This document shows positions 12,449 to 24,411 of a stretch of DNA of 64,000 bases, one piece after another. This stretch comes from Rebecca billardiae RCC1528 (Eukaryota; Protista; Haptophyta). The notes below the pieces were generated by a model. The model was not told where the DNA came from. It was given only the letters and a program-made list of their open reading frames with translations, and ran no database searches. The translations under genes and the position numbers were made by a program. Within the stretch, counting starts at the first letter, position 1; each line of letters opens with the position of its first letter. The stretch lies in assembly GCA_965240325.2 (NCBI GenBank), contig OZ251240.1, positions 1,571,923 to 1,635,922 on the forward strand, read 5' to 3'.

Positions 12449-13379
12449 GCCGCCGCAGCCGCAGCAGCCGCAGCAGCAGCCGCCGTACCATGGCCAGCCA
12501 TACCAGCAGCCCATGGGCGCGCAGCCGGACACGGGCGCGGCGGCTGCCAAGCCCAGCAGCGGCGGCGGCGGCGGTGGCTTCTTCTCAAGCATGCGCTCCA
12601 AGCTGGTCAAGGTGATCGCTGGGGACGACGACAAGCCGTCGCAGGGCGGCTCGGACGGGCGCGGCCCGGCGCAGCCGCCGATGGACGCGGGTTACGGGTA
12701 CGGCGGCGCGGGCCAGCCGTACGGCGGCGGGTACGCCGGCTACCAGCAGCCGCCGCCGCAGCCGCAGCAGCCGCCGCCGCAGCAGCCGCAGCAGCCGGGC
12801 GGCGGCTATGGCGGCGCTCAGCAGCCGGCCTATGCGCAGCCGTACGAGCAGCATCCGCCGCCGCACGCGCAGTACTACCCGCCCTCGGCGCAGCAGTACC
12901 CGCCACAGCCAGCCTCGGCGGGCGGCGGCGCCGGCCCGTACGGCGGCCCGCCGCCGCCTTACGGCGGCGGCGCCGTGGCCGGGCCATCGGCGTCGCCGAT
13001 CGGCGCGGCGGCCGCGCCGCTCGGCGCGCAGGGTGGCGCGTACGGTGCGCCGCCCCACGCGCCGTACCCCGGCGCCGGAGGCCTTGGCGGCGGCGCCGCC
13101 GCCGCCCCGCACGAGAGCCCCGGCTACAGCGCTCCGGCCGCTCCGGCGCAGCACGCGCCGTCGGCTGCGGACGCGCCGCCGAGCGCGGACGCGCGCGGCG
13201 GCGCGCCCGCGGACGGCGGCTCGGGCGCGGCGGCGGGGGACGACGGCGGATGGCCCCCGGAGCTGACGTCCCAGGAGCCAGCCGGGGCGGCGGGGTCGGA
13301 GGCGGCGGGCGGCAGCCCGCAGGCTCTGGGCACGGCGGAGCAGCCAGCCGGTGCTGCCGAGGACCGACAGTCCGGGTAG
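11419..13379 (+). CDS. Secreted Gln/Pro/Gly/Tyr-rich low-complexity protein
   Basis: Predicted join(11419..11575,11695..13379). Exon 1 encodes a signal peptide (MRTAAALLVLLAGVAA). The GTGCGC...CGCAG intron restores the frame into the polyQ ORF. CAG tracts at ~11845-11907 and ~12417-12446. Confidence 0.7.
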
Positions 13380-13752
13380 GCCTGGCACGCGGACTCGTGC
13401 GACGGTGACACGCCGCGGTCCTGCTGACGAGTGACGGCCGCGCGGGCCGTGACTGCGGACCGTACCGGTGGAGTGATGGACTCTGGCCGACGAGTGCTGA
13501 TGCTCAGTAGTGCGAATGATGATTTCACGCTCTAGAGCGGCATGCGTCGTGCGCCCCGAACAGGTCGACGCTGTCAATCGGGCGTATATCCTGGCACCGT
13601 GCTCAGCATCTAGATGAGTGAGCGGAAATCCGCCGATGCAGGGGGCGGCCTGCACGCCGCGTGCGTCCTGTGAAAATATCGGGGGAACGAAATAAATTAA
13701 ATGCGAATTCCGGCGAATAGGGCCACCAACACGGGTTCAAACGGGCGTGGCG

Positions 13753-15077
13753 ATGGCCGACGACGCCGGGTGCGTGAAGAGGCGCCTGTCGCTCTCGCTC
13801 AAGAAGCGGAGGCGACGAGGCGACGCGGCGGCGGCGGTGGCGGGCGCCGACGTCGCCGCCACACGCGCATCCGCCCCGTGCGCGCCGCCCCGCGCCGACG
13901 ACGATGGCGGCGTCGCGGCGTGCACGCCGCACGCCCGAGCGGCGGCGAGCCTGGCGCCGCCGCCGTCGCCGCCGCTCGAGCTCTCCGCGGGCCCCGGCGC
14001 AGCCGTCGCGCGCGAGCGTGCGGAGGGGGTGGCCGCGCTGCCCTGCCCCGTGTGCTCCCTCGACCTCGGCCCCATGCCCGTCGAGCAGCGCACCGAGCAC
14101 ACCAACGAGTGCCTCGACAGCGCGGCCGAGCGCGCGGCGCCGGCGCCGCCGACGTCGTGCGAGCGAGCGAGCGGCCGGGCGGAGGGCGTGCCCGCGGAGT
14201 GCGCGTGCGTCGTCTGCGCCGTCGACCTCGGCGGCTACTCGCTCGCGCGCCGCATGGCGCACATCGAGCAGTGCCGGCGCGAGCGCGACGCGCATGCGGC
14301 CGCAGAGCGCGCGCGCGAGCTGCGCGGCGCCCTGGCGGCGCTCGTGCCGCCCGCGCCGCCCCCCCCGGCGGTGGACGGCGGGCGCGCTGAGGCGGGCGTG
14401 GCGCACACCGCCGCGCCGCGCGCCGAGGGCCCCGCCGCCGCGCCGCGCACGGCGCTCGACGAGCTGATGCGCGCGGCGCGCGCCGGCACGCTCAGTCCCC
14501 TGCGGCCAAACGGGCGGCGCGTCGGCGCGGGCGGCGCGGCGCGGACGCCGCCGGCGGAGCCCGCGGACGCGTTCGCCGCGCTGATGCGCGGGAGCGCGTG
14601 CGCGGCGAAGAAGGGGGCGCCGCCGCCGGGCGCTGGCGCCGCGCCGCGCGGCCGCGGCGGCGGCCGCGGCGGCGGCCGCGGCGGCCGCGGCCGCTGGCTG
14701 TTCCGAGCGCCGCGCGGCGCGGGCAGCGGCTGGGTGCCTCCGAGCAAGCGCGTCGACGGCACGCCGTTCGTGGTCGACGGGTTCCAGTGGGCGCACGGCG
14801 GGTGCGCGGACTACTTCCTCACCCACTTCCACGCCGACCACTACGGCGGGCTCAGCCGCGCGCTGCTCGAGCGGCCCGAGCTCGCGCGCGCGCGCGTGTA
14901 CTGCACCACGCCCACTGCGGCACTCGTGCAGCTACGGCTGGGCGTGCCGGCCGCTCGGCTGGTGTGCCTGCCGCTGGGCGAGGCGGTGGCGGTGCGCGAG
15001 ACGGGGGTGCGCGTCACCGCGCTCGAGGCCAACCACTGCCCCGGCGCCGCGCTGCTGCTCTTCGAGCTGCCCGCCGA

Positions 15078-15111
<34 letters not shown>

Positions 15112-15933
15112 AGCGCGCCACTTGCCGAGCCGGCCGCGGCGCCGCGCGTCGCGGTGCTCCACACGGGCGACATGCGCTGGCAGCCGTACATGGCGCGGTA
15201 CGAGGCGCTCGCGCCGTACGCCGGCGGCGGGCTGCGCACGCTCTACCTCGACACCACCTACTGCAGCCCGCACTACCGGCTGCCGTCGCAGGAGGCCGCC
15301 ATCGGCGCGGTGGTCGCGTGCGCGCGCGCGCACGCCGAGAGCGCGCGCACGCTGTTTGTGTTTGGGGCCTACTCGATCGGCAAGGAGCGCGTGGTGCTCG
15401 CGGTCTCGCGCGCGCTGGGCGTGCGCATCCACGTCGACCGCGGCCGGATGCGCGTGTACGAGGCCGCGCTCGGCGCCCAGCTCGACGTGCGCGCCGCCTT
15501 CACCACCGACCCGGCCGAGAGCCGCTTCCGCGTGCTGCCGATGGGCCACTTGCGCGCGGACCGGCTGCGCGCGCTCGTGGGCGGAAGCTCGCGCTGGGCG
15601 TCGGTGCTCGCGTTCCGCCCGACGGGCTGGGCGCACCAGCGCGGCGGCGGCGGCGGCGGCGGCGCTCGCGCGCCCATGCGCGTCACGCGCCGCGGGCGCG
15701 TCACGCTGTGCGAGGTCGCCTACTCGGAGCACTCGAGCTTTGACGAGCTGCGCGCGTGCGTGCGCGCGCTGCGGCCCGCGCGCATCGTGCCGACTGTCGG
15801 CGGCGCGGACGAGGGCAAGGCGGCGGCGATGGTCGCCGCGCTGCTGCAGCAGCAGGGCGGCGAGGGCGAGGGCGCCGCCGGGCCCTTTGGACCGCGCCGC
15901 CCTGGCATCAGTAGCGCGGCCGCCGGCCTCTGA
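13753..15933 (+). CDS. DCLRE1A: DNA cross-link repair nuclease SNM1A/PSO2 (metallo-beta-lactamase + beta-CASP) with two N-terminal UBZ-like zinc fingers
   Basis: Motifs FVVDGF, FLTHFHADHYGGL (HxHxDH), ANHCPGA, LHTGDMR, LYLDTTYC, GAYSIGKERV, FRPTGW and YSEHSSFDEL. Zinc fingers CPVC..H...CLD and CVVC..H...C. Confidence 0.93.
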
Positions 15934-16883
15934 GCCGAGCTGGCGACTGCTAGCCAGTCGGCTGCGGTCCGGGTCCGGGCCATCAGTGCTGATGACTGCT
16001 GACGGACGACGACTGCGCTAAAGACCCTTCAGGAAAGGGTCGTGTCGTGGCCCCACTGCGACCGCCCGGACGAGGTCGAGGGCCGCGCGGAATAGCAGTA
16101 GATAGCCGAATAGCTCATCCGTGACTGTGCGACGTCACGCGCCGCTGTTAGTGTTGGGCCTTCGGAGCGCCGCTAGTGATGTGAGGCCCTGGCTGGCAGC
16201 GCGTCGGAGCGCCCCATACCCACCATGCGGCCGAGTCGTACGGAGTAGCCAGCTCTCACGCCTCTCACGACAGCCTGTATTGGCAGCCACACCGTGAGCA
16301 TAACGCGGCAGCCATCGGAGCCGATCGTCATCACACACACCGTTCAAAATAGAAACATGGGAGCAGCTACGGGACGCATCCGCCACTCGTCTCTTCTCCG
16401 TACAGTCTACAGACGTCACAGCGTTGCGTGTTGCTGCTCCGGCGGCATCAGCACGCACTCACACCTACGGCTTCGGGCGTGCAAACTGGCAAAGAGCAGC
16501 GCGTGCAAGCTGTAGTTATATTATTGCGTTTCACTGAGTTGCGCAGATCGCGGCGCGTCGGCGGTGACGACAAGGTTAAGCTAAGGTATTAATAGTGGCA
16601 TAAGAGACGACGGGTGTCTGGATGACATACAGCATCGAGCATGCCGAAGCGGGCGCATGCCCTTCCAATTATTGCGGTGTCTACTTGCCCACCATCCACC
16701 CCGGCGGACGATCCGGCGATGGCCGCCGCGCGAGTCTACGCGCGCACATTACTGCTCATCAAATAATATAATAATATAACTGCTGCGCGCTTAACTGACG
16801 CACGCGACTGATATGACGAACTTACGTCGCGTATATATCAGATATATTAACAACGTGGTATGCAACGGGCAGGCGTCAGAGTC

Positions 16884-16885
<2 letters not shown>

Positions 16886-16939
<54 letters not shown>
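16886..16939. repeat. (TA)n microsatellite
   Basis: Perfect TA run of ~27 units. Confidence 0.97.
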
Positions 16940-16941
<2 letters not shown>

Positions 16942-16957
16942 TAGTACTAGTTATTAT

Positions 16958-17856
16958 GGCCTGTTTTATTTCTACGAGAGCCCAACGGCGACATTCGCCA
17001 AAACGCGGTAAAATGGCGGCGGCTTGCCCGCTGGTGGTGGGTACCGGCGCGAATGCGGAGTAGTGATGGCACGTCGTTGGCGCATGTTCGTACTAGGGCG
17101 CTGAGCTGTAGCGAAGGGTGTTGCCAAGGCATGCTGCTTAGCCTTGCCATGGTGCTTCGCCATGACACAGAGGTCACTCGCAGCGCACGGCGGTGTGACG
17201 ATCGCCGCGCCGCGGCGGCAAACCGAGTTGCGGGCGCGCTGCGAGCTGCAAGCACTCTGCCTTGGCTGCGTCGCGCCCATGTCAGTTGGTGAACCAAGAC
17301 TGTTGAACGACAGATGGACTGCAAACGATACCAGCTCCACTCGCTCCGCCGCCCCTTCCTTGTCGAGCGTGAGATGTTTCCGTTGCGTGCGCTCGCACTG
17401 CAGCCTGCATTTGAACGTGGTCACGGCAGGTTGGTGGGCTGGTTGCTCAGGCCTCCTCGGCGTGGATGACGGTAAAGTGCGCACCCATGACGCGCGGAAA
17501 GGCCGTGCACACGCGTCCTCGCGCATCTGGCAGGCTGCAGTCTTGGCCAAGATGATGAGAACAAGCCTGCCAGTGCCTCGCCACGCGGGCGCGAGCGCGC
17601 ACAGAGATCTGGCTTCTGACCCGTGCTCTTCAGTGTACCTCGTGTGCGACGACGACGAGGCGGACGAGCGCCGCAACTGGATTCGTGCACTCACCGGTCA
17701 CCGAGGAGTGCACGAATCGCATTCCTCACGCACGTGGGGGCCGCCATCGGCCGTGAGAGGTACACTGAACGGGGCGTGACATCGATTCCCACTGGCGGGC
17801 ACGGGTTTGTCGCCGTGACATAGTAAATGGAATCTGGTAGAACTATAAAACAGGCC
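16958..17856. mobile_element. Non-autonomous TIR element, family A copy 1 (~900 bp, PIF/Harbinger-like ends)
   Basis: Ends GGCCTGTTTTATTTCTAC ... GTAGAACTATAAAACAGGCC are inverted repeats. A diverged inverted copy lies at 36751-37652. Flanks are T/A-rich but the TSD is imperfect (TAT/TTA). Confidence 0.8.
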
Positions 17857-18039
17857 TTATTGACGACTACCGTCACGGTACGCGACCGGACGACTCCTGG
17901 TCATCAGATCGGCGGACTGACTACGACTACGATATGCACTCAGTGACTGTGAGCGCTGACGACGCGCTGAGGATGGCGCTGCAATAGCCTCACGGTGGTC
18001 AGAGCCTTGGCGCGCGCGCCTTCTGTGCGCGCTCATGAA

Positions 18040-21000
18040 TCACGCCGGCGCCGGCTTGGCCGGCGGCTCGAGCCGCGCGCCGCAGCCAAACGCGCGGCAC
18101 ACGCCGATCTTGCGCAGCTCCGAGATGAAGATCTTGACCCAAGGGTAGCCGAGCATCACGGGCAGCGCCATCAGCAGCCACGCCGCGACGAGGTACGTGA
18201 AGTCGTCCGGGTCCACGGGCACGTCGCTCACGAGCGGGAGCAGCGTCTTGTACCTGTGCGCGCGCGCGGGCGCGCGCGGCGCGCGCGCGTGAGCGTCGCC
18301 GCGTCGCCGGCCGGGCGCGCGCGCGCGACGGTCGCGCTGGCGGGCCGTGCCGCGCGCACCACTGCGCGAAGATGAGCGCGATCGCGACGAGGAAGATGCC
18401 CATCTTGATCTGCACGATCTCGGGCGGGTGGGGCAGCTCGACGCGCGTCGTGTCGATCGTCGCCTGGAAGACCGTAATGGTCTGCACGTTGCACAGCTTG
18501 GCCTTGAGAAGCTTCCACGTCTCGTCGATGAAGACCTGCACGCCGCAGAAGGTGAAGCACAGCGCCATCTGCGTCTGCCGCCACACGTGCAGCAGCGGCC
18601 GCGCGAGCCACGGGTTGCAGTGCGGCGTGTTGAAGAGGAGGCAGTACTGCAGACCCCACACGGCCAGCTTGATCAGCCCGAGCGCGACAGGCAGCACCGG
18701 CATCGCGATCACCTTGAGCTGCACGCCGCTGCTCGGCGCGGCGCGGCGCGGGGCGGGGCGGCGCGCGTGAGCCGCTCGCGCGCTAGGCTGCGGTGCCGGC
18801 CGCGCGCGGAGGGGCCGGCCGCGGCGCGCTGTGCGCATGTGCTTTTTGGGGCTGCTTTTTGGGGGGGGGGGGGGGGGGCGCGCGGCGCGCTCTGCGGCGC
18901 ACAAGGAGAAGCAGGCCATCAGGATCAGCGGGAAGCCGGAGACGTTGACCGCGAGCACGGTGGTGAAGACGGTGCGCATCTTGAGGTCGAGCTTGCGGTT
19001 CCACAGCGGGTTGTACCGCCAGAGGATCTGCAGGTTGCCGTGCGCCCAGCGGCAGCGCTGGCGGAACGCCGAGCGGATCGTGTCGGGCGCGAGCCCGCGC
19101 GTGAACGTGCGAGGGTAGTAGAGCGCGCGGTAGCCGGCCGTGTGCAGCCGAAGGCAGATCAGCGTGTCTTCGGTGAGGCAGTTGGTGGGGAAGCCGCCGA
19201 CGGACTCGACGGCCGCGCGCGAGAAGATCGCGTTCGTGCCTGCGCGGCCGGGCGGCGCGCGGTTGGGCCGCGCGGCGGGGCGAGCTGAGCGTGTGTGCCG
19301 CGCGGCCGTGCGCTCGCCCGCCCGGCCGGGCGCGCGCGCGCGCGCGCGCGCGCGCACGCGCGCACACAGCCGCCGCGCGCACCGAGGAAGAGCGCCTGGT
19401 CCGTCGCGTCGAGCGCGGGCTCCCACGTGTCGTACATCATGTCCTGCCGGTGGCCGAGCGGGTCGAGCGGCGGCGCGTCGCCAAAGACTTGGCGCGTGGC
19501 GATGAAGGCGACCGAGCGGTCGGCGACGACGCGGAGGGGCGGCGCGGAGGGCTCGGCCGCGGCGCCCGCGCCGCCTCGGCCGTCGCGCGTCGGCGGCGTC
19601 GGCCCGCCGTCCGCGCCCGTCGTCGTCGCCGTGGTGGGCAGGTGCACCACGTGGAGCATGGCGGGGAGCATCTCCTGCACGAAGAGGCCGTGCGGCACCA
19701 TGTCGCAGTCGAAGAGGACGAAGAACTCCCAGTCGAAGCCGTGGTCTGTGCTCTGCAGCCAATGGTTCATGTTGCCCGCCTGCGCGCGGGAGGTCGGGAG
19801 GACAGGGGCGGGCGCGTCGGGTGCGCGCGCCCGTCCCGCCCTCGCGTGCGCGCGCGGCGTGCGGCGCGCGCACCTTTGCGTGCGAGTTGTCCGGCCGCCA
19901 GACCACGTCAAACCCAGGCCGCTTCTCCTCGGGCAGCCAGCCGCCCGTGTGCAGTTGGAAGCACTCGCGGTACGCCTCCAGCATCACCGCCTTGCGCGCG
20001 TCGCGCACGGGCCTGCGCGGGGGGCGGGGTGCGTGGGGTGGCGTGGGTGTTGGGGTTGGTGGTGGCGGCGTGCCAGCGCGTCAGGGCGCGCGCGCGCGCG
20101 CGCACTGGTTCTGGTTGTCGTCGAGCAGGAAGACGTGGAGCCGGCTCGGCGGGTAGACCTGACGCAGGCACGCGGCGATCGTCTTGGCGATGATGTCGTC
20201 GGGCTCCTTGTAGCACGGCACGACGATGGCGACCTTGGGCCACTCGGACTTGGGGAAGAGGCCGCGCCGGGCGTGCGCGCGCGGCGGCTGCGCCGAGCCC
20301 GCGCCGGGCGCGGGCGCGGGCGCGGGCGCGCCGCCGCGCGGCGCGCGGCCGACGTGCGCGTCTGGGCGCGCGAGGCTCGGGTGCAGCGGCGCGAGCGCGT
20401 TGAGCGCGATGTTGTGCCGCTCCTTGGGCTCGGCCATCGTGGTGATGAAGCCGCAGAAGAAGGCGGTGAGGTAGAACGTGATGAACGAGAGCACCAGCGC
20501 CACCGGGTCGAGCGGCGCCTGGTGCCACAGCACCCACTGCTCCCACACGAACGAGCACGAGATGAGCGTGACGTGCAGGCCGGTGAGCGAGAGGTACACG
20601 TTGCGCCGGAGGTTGGAGACGACGGGGGCGTGCATGGTGAGGCGCGCGGGCAGCGTGGGCGGCGCGTGGACGGCCTTGGCCTTCCACTCCGAGAGGAAGA
20701 GCGCGTTCGACTGCTGGTGCGCCACGTACTGCTTCCGCTGCCAGAAGCCGCGCCACGCCGCCTGCAGCCGCGCGGCCGCGCGCACGCGCAGCGCTAGCAC
20801 CGCCGCGTGCGCGCCGAGCGCGTGGCCCGGCTGCCCGGCGGCGGCGGCGACGTCGTCGGGGTAGGCGGCGGCGTCGGGCGCGGCGGCGGCGGCGGCGGCC
20901 TCCACCGCCGCGCGCCGCGCCTCGGGGCTCATCCGCTGCGCGTTGGCGAGCAGCAGCGCCGCCTGCCGCCGCCGGCCGGGCGCGGGCGCGAGCGCGGTCC

Positions 21001-24000
21001 GCGGCACGAACGCGAGCACGATCGGGAGGAAGCCGAGGGAGAAGACGGCGCCGACGGCGATGACGATGAACATGAGCGTCATGAGCAGCCGCATCGCCGC
21101 CCACCGCGCCCAGAGGAACGGCAGCACCACGAACAGCGTCGTCACCGCGGACGCGAGCACGGCCGAGCCGACCGACTCGATCGTCTTCACGACGCGCCGC
21201 GTCGCGGTCGCGCCGACGCGCGTCGCCATGAACTTGGAGGCGATGTGGATGTGGTAGTCGACGATGAAGCCGACGCCCATCTGGAGCATCACGGCGGAGA
21301 GGAAGTGCAGGTGCATCGAGAAGTACTTCATCACGCCGAGGATGATCACGTTGCACAGCGCAAGCGAGAGCAGGCATATCAGGGAGACCAGCAACGCCTC
21401 CCACACCGAGTAGCCGAGGACGAGGCCAAAGGTGACGGCGGCGGCGGCGAGGGTGCAGCGGAGGAGCGCGCGGCGCACGTCGGCGCGCATCGTGACGTAC
21501 TGCTGCAGCCCGAGCCACGACTGCGCCACCGGCGCCGCGTCGAGCGCCCCCTTGTGCGACGCGACCTCCGCCTGCACCGTGAGCATCGCGCGCAGCTCGC
21601 ACTCGTGCCGCGACTCGCCGTCGGTCTCGTCGTCGTCGCACGGCGCGAGCTTGAGCGGGATGCGCAGCGCGCAGACGACGGCGGAGGCGGCGCCGCCGGG
21701 GAGCGCGTCGACGGCGGCCGTGCTCAGCATCGCCGACGGCCCCGCCGCCAGCGCCGACGCGCAGTCTGCGCGCGCCGCCGCGCCGCCCGCGTCCGCGTCG
21801 GCGGCCGCGATCGCATCCGCGGCGCCCGCGGCGGGCGGCGGCGGCGCGGAGCGGCGCGCCCAGGCGAGGTTGGCGGCGTTGTGCTCGTGCTTCGGCTCCG
21901 TCAGGTACGCGCGCAGCGCGACGGAGAAGGCGGCGACCGCGTCGTACTCGGCGACCGCGCCGCCGCCGCCGCCGCTGCTGTGTGCTGCGGCCGCCGGCAG
22001 CGCGGCCGTCGGCGGCGGCGCGGTGCCGTTGGCGGCGGCGTACCCGTCGACGAACTGGAGGAGCCAGGGCGAGACCGAGTCGACCGCGCTCGACGCCTTC
22101 ACCGCACCCACCACCTCGCGCAGCTGCGCCTGGTACCCAAACTCGTGCGCGCCGCCGCCCTTCACGTACACGTACGCCCACTCGCCCTGGTTGAAGCACT
22201 CGCGCGAGTGCGCGTCAAAATCGATCAGGTAGGAGCCCGCCTTGGCGAGGCCGGCGACGTCGATGCCGAGCGGGACCTCGCCCGCGGTGAGGTCGGTCGC
22301 GCAGTACGTGCAGATCAGCAGGATCGTCACCAGCGGGATGAACGTGTAGTGCGTGAGCACCTGCGCCCAGATCGGCGGCGTGCGCCCAAAGTAGCGCGCG
22401 AGCCGCGCGGGCGACGCCTTGGCGCCGTACCGCGCGTCGGCGTACGGCTCGGCGAAGATGGGCGGGAGCTCGGGGGCGAGGGCGCGCGCGTGCGCGGCGG
22501 CGGTGGCCGGCTCCTCGTCCTCCTCCGCCTCCGCCTCCCCCGCGCCGCCGCGCGCCGCGAGCTCGTTGAGCGCGAGCGGCGAGGGCGCGGCCGCGTGCGC
22601 GGCCGCGGCGCGCTGCGCGTCGCGCGCCGCGCGGTGGCCCGCCTCTTCGGCGGCGTAGCGCGGGCCGAGGACGAGCGCCATCGCCGCGCCGAAGACGGCG
22701 ACCTGCAGCCCAAAGTCGAGCAGCGCGATCAGCGCGGAGAGCCAGCAGAACGACTGGATCGCCAGCACCGAGCTCGTCGCGCCGCCGATCACGAACACGA
22801 CAAAGCTCGTGAGCGACGTGCAGAGGCACGAGATGCCCGCCGACTCGAACGCGAGCTGGATGTGCTCGAGCAGCTGCGGGCGCGAGCCGTGCGCGGCGCG
22901 GCGCACCTCGGAGAAGGCGGAGAGCAGCACGAACATGTCGTCCAGCCCGTACCCCATCGCGAGCAGCGGCGCGGCGAGCCACATCGGCGAGATGGTGAGG
23001 CCACACAGCGCCATCGCGACGAGCGCGCCCGTGATCGACAGGCAGATGGCGCAGATCTCGAGCAGCAGCAGCTGGCACGCCTCCGAGGCGCGCAGGTTGT
23101 GGTTGCGCGCCATGTAGAGCGGCACCGCGCCGAGGATCATCGGCAGCCAGTACAGCGTGAGCACCAGGTCGTCCCAGCTCATCCCCGACAGCTCCGCGTC
23201 GTACGAGCCGGGCACGACCGAGTCGACGCGGATGTGCTCGTAGCGGCCGTGCAGCGTCGAGCGTTGGAACGCGTCGGCCCACGCGCTCGCGTTGGGGCCG
23301 GGCTGGAGCTGGTAGACGAAGCGGAGCATGCGGAAGGTGGCCATGTTCTGCGCCGGCAGCTTCTCCATGCACCCGAGGTAGTCCGCCATCGCCAGGTCCA
23401 GCCCGCCCGAGCCGGTGGCCGCGTGGATGGCCGCGCGGATCATCGGCACCGCCGCGGACATGTGCGACGGCGACGGCGCCGTGTTGTTCCACAGCGTGAA
23501 GATGGAGGAGGGGAGGCACTGCGCGCCGGGGGCGGCGCGGTAGCACACGTCCTCAAAGTCCGGGCCGGTGCGCGCGCTCGCGCCGCGCACGCTGCGCTGC
23601 GTGCGCAGCCGCTCGTCCAGCTGCACCGCCTCGATGATCTGCGGCAGTTGAGTCATCGAGTCGCCCTCGGCGGACGAGACGATGGCGACGGCGGTGAGCG
23701 GCTCCTCGAAGAGCGAGGTGTACGCGTCGAACTGCACGGACGTGCCCTTCGGCACCCACAGCCGCGTCGAGTCCGACTCGACCACGATCCGCACCATCCC
23801 CGTCGCGAGCAGCAGCGCGCAGAGCAGCGCCGCGAGGAAGCAGCAGCCGAGCACCGCGCGCGGCCGCTCGGCGGAGAAGCGGCCGAGGCGGCCGATGAGC
23901 GAGGAGAGGCGCGGGCCGAACGGGTGCGTCGAGCGCCGCCGCCCGCCCAGCGAGCGCGGCGAGGAGAAGGGCGCGCGCGCGCCCGGCGGCGCGCGCGCCG

Positions 24001-24127
24001 GCGTCGACGCGTCGTCCGACGGCGGCGCGCCGCCGCCGCCGCCCGCCGACGACGTGGGCCCGCCGCCGGCGAGGAGGCCGTCGCCGCGGAGCTTCTCCGC
24101 GGCCGTGCTCACCCGCGCGCCGAGCAT
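18040..24127 (-). CDS. Patched/NPC1-like sterol-sensing RND transporter - IQ motif - cellulose-synthase-like processive GT2 fusion (~1825 aa)
   Basis: complement(join(18040..18253,18360..18728,18903..19239,19383..19779,19874..20012,20106..24127)) = 5478 nt; all five introns are GT-AG and in phase. RND motifs: RLWVPKGT, MGYGLDDMFVL, AGISCLCTSLT, GVGFIVDYHIH, GSAVLASAVTT. IQ motif: LQAAWRGFWQRKQY. GT2 motifs: VVPCYKEP, LLDD, HAK|AGN, FDCD, FLG|TNA, TED, QRCRW. Confidence 0.88.
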
Positions 24128-24411
24128 CGCGCCAGCCTCGAGCGCGCTTCGACCCCGCGGCCGCGCCGATGCCCAAACGTGCGCGCCGAATACGCGCGCG
24201 TGCCCGTCGTCGTCAGCCGTGGGGCTGGCTGGCTGGCTGGCTGGCTGGGAAGATGCGCAGCAGCCTGATTCATCATGCGCACACCCCCCACCGGAAATCG
24301 TCGGCACCGTGCGCTGAAGCCAGCGGAAATCTCGGCGCGCGCGGCCGGACTCGGTCGTCCGTCCGAGGCCGAAGCCCGGACAAAGGCCGCCAGCAGCAGA
24401 CAACAGCGCGC

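Noticed and set aside
16020-16520. Possible structured ncRNA between SNM1A and the (TA)n tract
   Set aside because: Only a short hairpin (GACCCTT/AAGGGTC); no recognisable tRNA, snRNA or snoRNA motifs.
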